Source: an uncultured delta proteobacterium (GTDB lineage Bacteria > Myxococcota_A > Polyangia > Polyangiales > Polyangiaceae). From it: a stretch of 64,000 nucleotides of DNA. The notes below the pieces were generated by a model. The model saw only the letters and a program-made list of their open reading frames with translations. It did no database searches and was not told the origin of the DNA. Each line of letters opens with the position of its first letter. Positions within the stretch are counted from its first letter, which is position 1. The translations under genes and the position numbers were made by a program. Of this stretch, positions 20,883 through 29,953 are shown piece by piece. The stretch lies in NCBI GenBank assembly GCA_963841435.1, contig CAWJCS010000002.1, positions 704,001 to 768,000 on the forward strand. The letters run 5' to 3'.

Positions 20883-23297
20883 CTAGTCCCCAAGCGGCGC
20901 AAAAAGGTCTTCCACGTCGTCTGCGGACAGCGTGCGCGGCGCGCCGCACCCTCCGAGCAGGGCGCGCGCGAGCTCCGACTTTTGCTGCTGCAGCCTCAGC
21001 ATGCGCTCCTCCACGCTGCCCGCCACGATCAAATTGTGCACGAACACCGGCCGCGTCTGGCCGATACGGTGCGCTCGGTCCGTCGCCTGCGCCTGCGAGG
21101 CCGCGTTCCACCAGGGGTCGTAGTGGATCACGGTGTCGGCGCTCGTCAGGTTGAGACCCGTGCCGCCGGCCTTCAGGCTGATCAAGAAAACGTCGACCTC
21201 GCGTCCCTCGAAGCGATCCACGACGCGCTGCCGATCGCCCGTCGAGCCGGTCAGCTCCACGAAGCGAAGATCCCGCTCTTCGAGGCCCGCGGCGATGAGT
21301 GACAGCATGCGAGTGAACTGCGAGAAAACCAGCACGCGTCTTCCCTGGGCGAGCTCGCCGCCCAGAAGCTCGAAGAACAGCTCGAGCTTCGCCGACCGGC
21401 GCACGTTGCGCGCCGACGGCACGTTCACGAGCCGCGGATCGCAGCACACCTGGCGGAGCTTCATCAGTGCGTCGAGGATCGCGATGGTCGAGCCCGTGAC
21501 GCCCTTCTTGCGGATCGCACGGCGCACGTCGCCGTGCGCCGCGACGCGGATGCTTTCGTACAGGTCGCGCTGGGCGTCGTCGAGCTCGACGGGCCGCACG
21601 ATCTCGGTCTTCGGAGGCAGCTCCGTGACCACGGTTTCCTTCATACGCCTGAGAATGAAGGGGGACACCGCCTGGCGCAGCGCGGCGAGACGCTCGGGGT
21701 TTTGGGCCCGTTCGATGGGGTGGCGAAAGTGCCGCCTGAAGCGCTCGGCGTCGCCGAGGAAGCCTGGCATCAAGAAATCGAACAGCGACCAGAGCTCCTC
21801 GAGGTTGTTTTCGATGGGCGTGCCGCTCAGGCACAGCCGGTGCCGCGCCGAAAGCTCGCGCACGGCGCGGCTCGCCTGGCTGCGCGGGTTCTTCACGGCC
21901 TGGGCTTCATCGAGGACCAGGTGGTGGAACGCGAGCCCGTCGAAGGTCGGAAGGTCGCGAACGAGGAGCGGGTACGTGGTGAGCACGACATCGGCCGAGG
22001 CGATGCCGCTGCGCAGCGCGCTTCGCCTGGGACCGTGCAGGCTCAAGACGCGGAGGCCGGGCGCAAAGCGCGAGAGCTCGCGCTGCCAGTTCGTGATGAG
22101 GCTCGTCGGCGTCACGACGAGGCTCGGCCCCGTCGCACGGCCGCTCTCCTTCTCCTGGACGAGCGCTGCGATCACCTGGATCGTCTTGCCGAGGCCCATG
22201 TCGTCGGCGAGGATGCCGCCCGTATCGTGCCGCGCGAGGCGCCCAATCCACTCGACGCCGGCCGCCTGATACGGTCGGAGGGTCGCCGCAAGACCGCGCG
22301 GCGGCTCCGCGGGCGCAGGCGGTGCGTGCAGCGCGTGCGCGCGCTCGATGGCCGCCGTCATTCCGACCCAGAGCAGGCGTGAGCCGTCGCCGAGGGCCCC
22401 GCCGAGCCGGGCGACGCTCGCGGCGCGGCTGCGTGGGAATTCGAGCGCGCCGTCGGGCAGCGTGTCACCCCGGTAAAGCTCGAGCAAAATCGCGAAGAGT
22501 GCGCGCAGCCGGTCGGGCGGCACGGGCAGGTAGCGGTTCTCGCCCACCGGCACCACGCGAAAGCGCGCCGGCGTCGCGAAGAGCGCCTCGAGGCTCTCGG
22601 CCTCGCCGCGCTCCTCCAGCATCGCGACGAGGGCCGGCAAGAGATTCACGCGCCGGCCTTCGATCTGGATGCCGAGCTCGAGCGAAAACCAGTCGGTCCG
22701 CTCCTGGTCGGGCTCGACGCTCGCGTACCAGGGCGCGTCGCTCTCGACGACCTGGTACGGATAGCTCGGATCCACCTCCACCTGGAAACCGAGCGAGCGG
22801 AGCTGCGGCAGCGCGTAAGCCGTGAACGAGCAATACGAGTGCACGCTCCCGCCGAGCTCGACGATGTAGTCGGCCTCGGAATCGAGCTCGGCGCTCACGT
22901 CGTCGAAGCAGCCGAGCTCGAGCGCACCGAAGCTCTCGAGCAATCGCTGCGCCTCGGCCTCGGCCGCCCGGTTTCGGGCCACCATGCCGACTCCGCCCAG
23001 CTGGGCTACGAAAAAGCGCTCTCGCCGGTCCGCCGCGCGCACGCGCACGCCACCGTAGTCGAAGCAGAGGCTGATGACGGGCACCAGCTCCTCGCGACCC
23101 TGGTCGAAGGGCCCTTCGCCGAGGCTCACCCACAGCCGCTCGGCGAACAGCCGGAGGCACGGGGTGCACGCCGCAGGTTCCGCTTTTCTTGCCGACGATC
23201 CGTCCAAGCTCCCCGAGTAGGAACCAGATATCGCCTTTTTTGTCGAGGAACGTGTGAAGGATACCGAGGGGTACGATTTCGCGATGCGGCGGACCAC
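20883..23297 (-). CDS. SNF2-family (DEAQ) helicase/ATPase
   Basis: LRPYQ, LADDMGLGKT, LDEAQAVKN, SGTPIENNLEELWS, FSQF, SLKAGGTGLNLT and QATDRAHRIGQ. Start uncertain. Confidence 0.92.
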   Translation of the reverse strand: MVRRIAKSYPSVSFTRSSTKKAISGSYSGSLDGSSARKAEPAACTPCLRLFAERLWVSLGEGPFDQGREELVPVISLCFDYGGVRVRAADRRERFFVAQLGGVGMVARNRAAEAEAQRLLESFGALELGCFDDVSAELDSEADYIVELGGSVHSYCSFTAYALPQLRSLGFQVEVDPSYPYQVVESDAPWYASVEPDQERTDWFSLELGIQIEGRRVNLLPALVAMLEERGEAESLEALFATPARFRVVPVGENRYLPVPPDRLRALFAILLELYRGDTLPDGALEFPRSRAASVARLGGALGDGSRLLWVGMTAAIERAHALHAPPAPAEPPRGLAATLRPYQAAGVEWIGRLARHDTGGILADDMGLGKTIQVIAALVQEKESGRATGPSLVVTPTSLITNWQRELSRFAPGLRVLSLHGPRRSALRSGIASADVVLTTYPLLVRDLPTFDGLAFHHLVLDEAQAVKNPRSQASRAVRELSARHRLCLSGTPIENNLEELWSLFDFLMPGFLGDAERFRRHFRHPIERAQNPERLAALRQAVSPFILRRMKETVVTELPPKTEIVRPVELDDAQRDLYESIRVAAHGDVRRAIRKKGVTGSTIAILDALMKLRQVCCDPRLVNVPSARNVRRSAKLELFFELLGGELAQGRRVLVFSQFTRMLSLIAAGLEERDLRFVELTGSTGDRQRVVDRFEGREVDVFLISLKAGGTGLNLTSADTVIHYDPWWNAASQAQATDRAHRIGQTRPVFVHNLIVAGSVEERMLRLQQQKSELARALLGGCGAPRTLSADDVEDLFAPLGD

Positions 23298-23333
23298 AAG
23301 GTATTGGGGTCCGTCCCCGGGCGGGACGCTCAG

Positions 23334-25244
23334 CTACTCTTGCTCGTCGAACCAGGCGTCAGTCGCCAAGATCCGAGTGCTCGTGTGCTGCGGCACGAAC
23401 GCGACGCCGAACGACAATGGCCCCGACGCGACTTTGACGGCTCCGGTCGGCTCCTCGCCGGCCGGCTTCTCCACTTTGAGGCGAACTTCCACCACGCCGC
23501 TCTTGGCCCGAAAGTGGTCGACGGTGACCCCTCCCGCCAGGGTCGCGAGCTTGCCGCGAAAGCTGGTTCCTGGCAGCGGCAGGAACGCCTGAACCCAGGC
23601 GGGAACACCGATGTCCTTGCCGAAGGCCACGAACAGCGGCTCGATGTCCCGAAGGAGCCCGCCGAGCTCGAGGTCCCAGTGTGGCGAATCGCCCTTCACG
23701 TAGCCGCCGCTCACGACCTCGAGGTGCGACCACCAGCCGTAGGTCACGTCCTGGCCTTGGGCGACCATGAGGTCCGAGACATCGAGGCGCGTCTTGTCGA
23801 ACGCGATGCCTTCGCGTGTTTCCGCCAGCACGCCGCGGGCGTCCAGCTTCCCTGCGAAGCGCCGCTTGCCCACGTGGGCCTCGAGCTCGGCCCTCATCTG
23901 GAGCTCCGCGCGCAGATCGGGCTCCGTGAGAGTGCCGCTCACGTGCCCGCCGAGCGTGAGCGTCCCCTCGTCGAGCGCCACGGGGCTGCCTTTCGGCAGG
24001 TAGGCACGAACGACCGCCGCGTCGCCCGAGACGGGAGACAACGTCGCATCGTAAGCGAGACGGGGAGCAGGCTTCGACAGGTCAATGACGGCGCCCGACC
24101 GGATATCGGCCACGAGCTTTCCGCCGGACAAGCGCGCGCCCTCGCCGCTCGGTGAGAGCGAAAGTTCGCTCGTCGTCAGGTGCACGACACCGTGACTCGC
24201 GGAGTCAACCGCGCCCGTCATCACGAGCGATGTGCGAAGCAACGTGTGCGCCGCCTGCGCTTCGAGCTTGAGACTCGAGATCTCGAGCGCCGTACCCGGC
24301 CGTAGAATTCCGCGCTCGAAGCCGAAAGCGAGCTTGAAACGGCCCGCGCCTCCCTCGAGCTTTACGCCCGACGATGCCAGAAAGTAGTTGGCGAACTCGG
24401 CGTTCACGACGTTGGCTCGAACTTCGAGGGAGCCACTGAAAAACGACAAGATGGCCATGCCCTCGGGCTCGACGGGATTGAAATGAGGCGTCGAGCACTC
24501 GGCTCGCCCCGACATAGCGGTGAGCGCGGACTTGCCGGCAACGGCAAGCTCGCCATTTTGGAATTGGACCGCCGCGCCTGGGCCGACGCGCAACTCGAGC
24601 CGGGGTCGAAACAGAAAGGCACCCACGACGTGCGCTTGCCCGCTGTAGCGAGTCTCGTCGATCCAGAGCTCCTTGACCGTGGCGTCGATGTCGCTCACCT
24701 CGAGCGAAGTGTCCGTGTAGTTCTCGCGCGTGGGTGGCGGACTGGGGACGTAGGCGTCCGTGAGAGGTGGTTTGGGGTGGCCCGGGATGTCGGGCAGCGC
24801 TCGCACCTTGGCGGCGTCAACTGCCCAGGGCTGCAACCGGCGGACTCCACGGACCGATGCCCCGGAGCCCCGAAGCCTGGTGATCTCAATCGTGCGCTTG
24901 CTGACTGCGGACCATAGATCGAGGGTCAGCCCCACTTCGTCGATGCTGACCACGAACTGGATGTTCGGATCCTCGCCGACGATCACGAGATGGTGGAAGT
25001 TCAGGCGCGTCGGCCAGGGTGCCCAAGCAAAGCCGTAGCTCATGGCTGCGCTGTCCGTGTTGAGGAAACGCGGCACGACGCGTAGCCAGAGCGCGAGGTT
25101 CGTGATGAGCGGAATCGCAAAGAAGGCGCCGCTCGCGACCACGACCGCGCGCCTCGCCCAGCGCGGCGCGTCGAACCAGCGTTTCCACCCGCGCATCGCG
25201 AGAAGACGCAGCCATGAGGGAGTCCGTCGGTTGGGCGAATGCAA
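23334..25244 (-). CDS. Membrane-anchored beta-rich hypothetical protein (AsmA-like architecture)
   Basis: One N-terminal TM segment followed by a long beta-strand-rich region. Start may be a later ATG. Confidence 0.6.
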   Translation of the reverse strand: MHSPNRRTPSWLRLLAMRGWKRWFDAPRWARRAVVVASGAFFAIPLITNLALWLRVVPRFLNTDSAAMSYGFAWAPWPTRLNFHHLVIVGEDPNIQFVVSIDEVGLTLDLWSAVSKRTIEITRLRGSGASVRGVRRLQPWAVDAAKVRALPDIPGHPKPPLTDAYVPSPPPTRENYTDTSLEVSDIDATVKELWIDETRYSGQAHVVGAFLFRPRLELRVGPGAAVQFQNGELAVAGKSALTAMSGRAECSTPHFNPVEPEGMAILSFFSGSLEVRANVVNAEFANYFLASSGVKLEGGAGRFKLAFGFERGILRPGTALEISSLKLEAQAAHTLLRTSLVMTGAVDSASHGVVHLTTSELSLSPSGEGARLSGGKLVADIRSGAVIDLSKPAPRLAYDATLSPVSGDAAVVRAYLPKGSPVALDEGTLTLGGHVSGTLTEPDLRAELQMRAELEAHVGKRRFAGKLDARGVLAETREGIAFDKTRLDVSDLMVAQGQDVTYGWWSHLEVVSGGYVKGDSPHWDLELGGLLRDIEPLFVAFGKDIGVPAWVQAFLPLPGTSFRGKLATLAGGVTVDHFRAKSGVVEVRLKVEKPAGEEPTGAVKVASGPLSFGVAFVPQHTSTRILATDAWFDEQE

Positions 25245-25270
25245 GCTTTTGGCTCGAGCTTTCGTCCGGT

Positions 25271-25951
25271 CTAGTGATACGTCGCGGAGAGCGCCAACTC
25301 CGGAACGATGAAGAGCGTGTGCTCGGTGCCGTCACGGGCGGCGCGCGCGGCAGCGCCGAATGCGACCCGGCCGATGAATCCCAGGCTCAACTCGTTCGCG
25401 ATGAACCATTCGTAGCCGCTGCCAGTCGCCAGGGCCGCCCCGAACGTTTCGGGCTTGATCGGATTGCCCTTCACGTCGCTTTCGAGCTGCACGACGAGCT
25501 CGACGGCGACCAAACTGTGAAAGCCGAGCTTCGGGTACGGGTACCAGTCGAGGAATGGGCCGACGCGAAGCTGCGTCACTTTGACGCTGTCATCGTCCGG
25601 CGTGACGGTCTTGCCGTTCTCGATGAAGACGGGGTCGATGCGTACCGTCCAGACGGTGCCCCCGAGCACCAGACCGCGCGCCGGCGTTCCGCCGAGCGAG
25701 AGCGCCGCACTCTGCCCCAGGCCGCGGATGCCGGTGCGACGGAGCGCATTCGAGCCGGAAACGTGCGCCCAATAGAAGGCGAGGCCCGGCTCCGAGCGGG
25801 CGAAGAACCCGTCATGAGTCTTTGCCCCCGGGTCGGCTTCGCACGGGGATTCATGCGTCGCTTTGCGGGCCACGGGCGAGCTCGGGTCGGCGGCCGCGAG
25901 TCCCGCGTGAAAGAGAACCGCGGCGACGATCGCGAGGGCGCGGGACGCCAT
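25271..25951 (-). CDS. Outer-membrane beta-barrel-like protein
   Basis: Signal peptide MASRALAIVAAVLFHAGLAAA, HDGFFAR motif, amphipathic strands and C-terminal ELALSATYH. TGATG coupling to the upstream small gene. Confidence 0.75.
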   Translation of the reverse strand: MASRALAIVAAVLFHAGLAAADPSSPVARKATHESPCEADPGAKTHDGFFARSEPGLAFYWAHVSGSNALRRTGIRGLGQSAALSLGGTPARGLVLGGTVWTVRIDPVFIENGKTVTPDDDSVKVTQLRVGPFLDWYPYPKLGFHSLVAVELVVQLESDVKGNPIKPETFGAALATGSGYEWFIANELSLGFIGRVAFGAAARAARDGTEHTLFIVPELALSATYH

Positions 25952-26259
25952 CACACGATCAGGATGATGATGATGATGCCGAGGAGAATGATCACGGCCA
26001 CGGTCGCGCTGATGACGATGACATCGCCACCTCTGAAGTTCTTTGCGTTCCGCGACAACGCCTCGCGCATCGCATAGCGCTGGTCCTCCGACGACGCCCC
26101 GGCAGCCCCCGTGCGCGGGATGCGGATGACGCGCACCTGCGGGCTCCCGGTTCCGGCCGCGACGGGCGAGGTGCTCGTCACCCGAACGCTTTCGGCTCCC
26201 GCGGGCGCCGAGAGCGCCAGCACTAGAGCAACCATCAGTGCGAGGCTCGTCCTTTTCAT
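25951..26259 (-). CDS. Small secreted protein with GG motif and hydrophobic C-terminal tail (PA2779-like architecture)
   Basis: MKRTSLALMVALVLALSAPAGA signal ... YAMREALSRNAKNFRGG-DVIVISATVAVIILLGIIIIILIV. Confidence 0.7.
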   Translation of the reverse strand: MKRTSLALMVALVLALSAPAGAESVRVTSTSPVAAGTGSPQVRVIRIPRTGAAGASSEDQRYAMREALSRNAKNFRGGDVIVISATVAVIILLGIIIIILIV

Positions 26260-26271
26260 ACTGCAACACGA

Positions 26272-26287
26272 AGCAAGCAACGTGCCG
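26272..26287 (-). promoter_or_regulatory. Sigma54 (-24/-12) promoter candidate
   Basis: Minus strand CGGCACG-TTGC-TTGCT versus consensus TGGCACG-N4-TTGCW. Predicted +1 is near 26261, almost at the ATG. Confidence 0.55.
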
Positions 26288-26302
26288 GAGCGCGTGGGGT
26301 GC

Positions 26303-26950
26303 TCACCGTTCGGCGACTCGAGCATCGACCGGCGGCGCGAAGGTCACGATCGTGACGCCTTTACTGCGTTCCCACTCCTCGGAAAACCCCTTCAGATCGT
26401 CCACCTGCCAGCCGCTGCCGGGATCGAGCAAGAGCACGCGCCCTCGTTTCGGCTGGTAACCCACGACGACCTCGTAGTGGGCCAGCGCCTTCTCGGCCTC
26501 GAACGCCTTGCCGAGCCCCACGATGACGGGACGCCCGCGCTCGAGCTCGTGAACGATGTCCGCGATGTTGCCGAAGAAGACGTACGAGTGCAGTCCCCGT
26601 TTGCGGGCATAGCCGACCATGTCGCCGGCGAGCAACCGAGCGTCGGCGCCACCAATCGCCGCCTCGACCGACCCCGGCGTTGCCGGGTGGCCCCAGAAAC
26701 GCAGCACCGCGGCGAGCGCGGCGGCGCCGCAATCAGCGCTTTTTTCCTGCCGGACCAGCGGGAACGCGGGGACCATCAGCCAGCCACCTTCGCGTGCGAC
26801 GACGGCAGGCTGCGCGCTCACGGCGGTGCCGGCGTACGAGGCGCACCCAGTGCTGCCGAAAAGAAGAACAACGGCGAACGCGCCCCGCCTGACGGCGACC
26901 AGCCACGAGGCGCGCTCGGCGCCATCAGATTGATGGGTCTGTCTCGTCAC
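26303..26950 (-). CDS. Stand-alone C39-family cysteine peptidase lipoprotein
   Basis: Lipobox STGC, QEKSADCGAAALAAVL (Q...C), GRPVIV, HYEVVVGY (His) and LLLDP (Asp). Confidence 0.85.
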   Translation of the reverse strand: MTRQTHQSDGAERASWLVAVRRGAFAVVLLFGSTGCASYAGTAVSAQPAVVAREGGWLMVPAFPLVRQEKSADCGAAALAAVLRFWGHPATPGSVEAAIGGADARLLAGDMVGYARKRGLHSYVFFGNIADIVHELERGRPVIVGLGKAFEAEKALAHYEVVVGYQPKRGRVLLLDPGSGWQVDDLKGFSEEWERSKGVTIVTFAPPVDARVAER

Positions 26951-26963
26951 TTTGATGGTCTTT

Positions 26964-27119
26964 TCACACGACGCGACGGCCCATGATGACGCGGACCAAA
27001 ACCGCAACAACCGCCAGGACGAGCAGCAGGTGAATGAGGCCTCCCGACGCGACGTGCAGCCCGAAGCCGAGCATCCACATCGCGACGAGAACGACCGCGA
27101 TAATCCAGAGTAGGTTCAA
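26964..27119 (-). CDS. lmo0937/DUF5670 family small membrane protein
   Basis: LLWIIAVVLVAMWMLGFGLHVASGGLIHLLLVLAVVAVLVRVIMGRRVV; TTG start. Confidence 0.85.
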   Translation of the reverse strand: MNLLWIIAVVLVAMWMLGFGLHVASGGLIHLLLVLAVVAVLVRVIMGRRVV

Positions 27120-27170
27120 ACGAGCGTCCTTGGTTCGGGCCCGATGGTGTCGGGCCGCGAAGGGCGGGTA

Positions 27171-27186
27171 CGCACGATGTGTGCCG
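27171..27186 (-). promoter_or_regulatory. Sigma54 promoter candidate for the lmo0937-family gene
   Basis: Minus strand CGGCACA-CATC-GTGCG keeps the GG-N10-GC spacing. Confidence 0.35.
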
Positions 27187-27223
27187 GGCGGCGGCCCTCG
27201 CGCCCGAGGACGCACGCCGTGCT

Positions 27224-27239
27224 TGGTCCGCATGTTGCT
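27224..27239 (+). promoter_or_regulatory. Sigma54 promoter candidate for the PP2C gene
   Basis: TGGTCCG-CATG-TTGCT, about 57 bp upstream of the ATG. Confidence 0.5.
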
Positions 27240-27296
27240 TGGGCGTCGGCAGTGGCCCGCAGCGCGGGGCGGGAATGAAGAGCGAGGAGTCCTTCC

Positions 27297-28310
27297 ATGC
27301 TGATCGATGAGGCAAGTGCCAACGGTTCTGTCGCGGCTCAGGGGGCGGCGGCCTGGATCGATGCGGCAGGTCTGACGAACGTCGGACGGGAGCGACCCCG
27401 AAACGAGGACGCCTACCTGATCGCGACCTTGCAGCGGTCCATGGTCGTGCACGATGCGAGCCCAGCCGCCGCACGTGGCTGGTTCGCGGGAAGCTTGGCC
27501 GGCACCTTGCTCGTCGTGGCCGATGGCATGGGTGGACAGGGCGGGGGCGACGTGGCGAGCCGCGTGGCCGTCAATACCGTTGCGGGCTACCTGCTCAACG
27601 TCATGTCGTGGCCGACGGTGGTGCCCGCGGCTTCCGAGGTCCATGACCGCGCGTCGCTCCCTGGTTTGCGCGATCAACTTTCCGCGGCGCTCGTCATGAG
27701 CAGCTCGACCGTCAAGGCGGCCGGGGCTCAGACCGGAATCCCGCAGATGGGCACCACGTTGACGATGGCGTTGGTGTTGTGGCCCGCGCTCTACGTCGCG
27801 CACGTGGGAGACACTCGCTGCTACCTCTTCCGCTCGGGGAAGCTGACACGCCTGACCACCGACCACACGGTGGCGGAAAGGATGACCGCAGCTGCAGCCG
27901 AGCCGATCGAGCCGGAGTCCCAGCTGCACCACATCCTGTGGAACTCGCTGGGTGGCAGCTCCGAGCTTCCCAAGCCCGAAATGGTGAAGCTCGATCTCGA
28001 GCTCGGCGACACCTTGCTATTGTGCTCGGACGGGCTCACCAAACATGTTGGTGAGGAGCAGATCAGCGCCTACCTCCGCTCGGACGAACCGAACCCGGCG
28101 CGCTGCGCGAAGCTCGTGGAGCAGGCCAATGCCGGTGGCGGTTCGGACAACGTGACCGTGCTGATTGCGAGCGCGCGGCCAATGCGCACGCCCCCCGGTC
28201 GCGCTCGCCGGCAACGTCGCGCCCCCGGGCCCGCTCTGAGCGGGAGGGCTCATTCCCGATCGCGTAGGCGACTCCGGCAGCGCGCGGGCTCTCGTCACAG
28301 CCGAACTTGA
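27297..28310 (+). CDS. PP2C-family Ser/Thr protein phosphatase
   Basis: GRERPRNEDA, VADGMGG, MGTTLT, HVGDTRCY, LLCSDGL and GGSDNVT. The Arg-rich tail overlapping the convergent gene may be an artefact. Confidence 0.9.
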   Translation: MLIDEASANGSVAAQGAAAWIDAAGLTNVGRERPRNEDAYLIATLQRSMVVHDASPAAARGWFAGSLAGTLLVVADGMGGQGGGDVASRVAVNTVAGYLLNVMSWPTVVPAASEVHDRASLPGLRDQLSAALVMSSSTVKAAGAQTGIPQMGTTLTMALVLWPALYVAHVGDTRCYLFRSGKLTRLTTDHTVAERMTAAAAEPIEPESQLHHILWNSLGGSSELPKPEMVKLDLELGDTLLLCSDGLTKHVGEEQISAYLRSDEPNPARCAKLVEQANAGGGSDNVTVLIASARPMRTPPGRARRQRRAPGPALSGRAHSRSRRRLRQRAGSRHSRT

Positions 28311-29376
28311 GCAACATCAAGAGCGGGAAAGCGAGGATCGCACCCGGCAGGGACCACAGCCAAACCCAAACCGCGAGCCAGACGAAACACCACGAGCGGG
28401 CTCACACGGAGCGTGCGGCCGAGCAAGAGCGGAGTCACGATGTTCCCCACGATCACCGACAGCGCAAGGTAGACGAGCGGCGGTGCGAGGACCGTGCCCG
28501 TCGTTTGGAACGTCACGAACGCCGCCAGTGCGACGAGGCCGATGCCAATGGCGGGACCCAGGTACGGAACGTAGGTCAAGAGCGCCGCGATGCCGCCCCA
28601 GAGCCACGGATTCGGCATGCCCAGCAGAAACAGCGCTCCTGTGAGCGCCATGCCGAGGCCCAGGTTGATCAACGTGACGGTGCGAAGGTACCGGCTCATG
28701 CGCGCGGTCACCTTGTCGAGGACGAGTGCCGCCTGCTGGGATGGGGTCGAAGCGGAAGCGGTTCGGGACAATCGTCCGATCAGGTTGTCGGCCTCCGTCA
28801 GCAGGAAGTACGAAAGAACCATGGTCAGTACGAGCTGGGTCGTGAACGTCGCTGCTCCCCCGACCAGTCCCCTCAGTTGTCCTCGGCCCACCGTCGCGAC
28901 GTGCAAGACCTTGTCCGCGCCGATTTTTTCGGCCGCTTCCGCTGCTGTCTGGAGCAGAGGCGACGCGAGGTTGAGCGGGTAGCTGAGGCTGCGGCTTCGT
29001 GCTTCGAGCCCGTGGAGGGCGTTCGGCAAGCGCCCGGCCCAGGCGGAGGCGGGTGCCGCGAGCTCGAGCGCGCCGAAAGCAAGCGCTCCCAGTGCGGCTC
29101 CGAGAACCAGTGTGCTCCCGACCAGGCGCGGCACGTGGCACCACGCGAGCGCCCTGACCACGGGTCGCAGCAAGAAGTAAAGCATCACTGCGAACGTGAG
29201 CGGAAGAGGATGCTACGCATCGCGTACGAGGTTGCCAGCACGCTGATGCAGAGCAACCCGGGTAGCACCAACGACCGAAACGGTGCCTGCTCGAACGTGA
29301 GCTCCAATCGCCGCGCCAACGACGGTCGCTGGGAGCGCGCGGTGGGAGTTTGGCCAGCGGGTACCTCGGAGCTCAT
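28063..29376 (-). pseudogene. AI-2E family transporter with two single-base frameshifts (probable sequencing errors)
   Basis: MSSEVP...YAMRSILF, then a missing C near 29202, then PLTFAVMLYFLLRPVV...YVPYLGP...GNIVTPLLLG...SPLVVF, then an extra T near 28386, then VWLAVWVWLWSLPGAILAFPLLMLLK. True 3' end uncertain. Confidence 0.8.
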
Positions 29377-29416
29377 GGTGCGTCGCTCATTCCCTGGCCG
29401 AGCTGACCACCCCCGG

Positions 29417-29707
29417 TCAGGCGAGTCCCGGAGCCGGGGTCCAGCGCGTTCGCGCCCCACGCATCGCGGTCTGTGCGATTCGACGGAGCAACGGGGCATC
29501 GCAGCCGATCCGCGAGACGACGCGCAACGACCCACCGTCGCGGAAGCTGCCCATCGGCACGTCATCGAGCACGCGGACGGCGTCGTAGCTTCCGTTCGCC
29601 AGCGCGACGATCCGATAGGTCATTCCAGAGACCTGCACCATGCTCACGAAGTCTCCCGTTGCTCGTCGAGCAGGTGGTTGACCGGTTGCCGTTCTATCTG
29701 AGTCCAA
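29417..29707 (-). CDS. Small hypothetical protein
   Basis: MVQVSGMTYRIV...YDAVRVLDDVPMGSF...IAQTAMRGARTRW has natural protein composition. Confidence 0.55.
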   Translation of the reverse strand: MDSDRTATGQPPARRATGDFVSMVQVSGMTYRIVALANGSYDAVRVLDDVPMGSFRDGGSLRVVSRIGCDAPLLRRIAQTAMRGARTRWTPAPGLA

Positions 29708-29953
29708 TTCATAGCGTGCTTCATTCGTGGTCGGCCGGCGTGGGCAGCGTGAAGAGCTGCACCGGCTCGCTTAGGCTCTCAGCACGTTCCATGCCGCCGA
29801 GGGTTTCGCCGAATATCCCACCCTTCGGCACACGTCATGCCAAGGAGGCCATCATCATGAGCGAGTTGGCTACTCCGATTCGACGGGGTGTTCGCGCGGG
29901 GGCGGACGCAGAGCGAGCGCGACCCCGGATTCGCGACCGCGCGGCGGTGGGCC

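Noticed and set aside
20883-23297. SNF2 helicase as an anti-phage defence system
   Set aside because: It stands alone, with no nuclease, methylase or other defence genes adjacent.
28063-28310. About 250-bp convergent overlap of PP2C and AI-2E 3' ends as antisense regulation
   Set aside because: Both tails are low-complexity and the region already has indels, so the true stops are uncertain.
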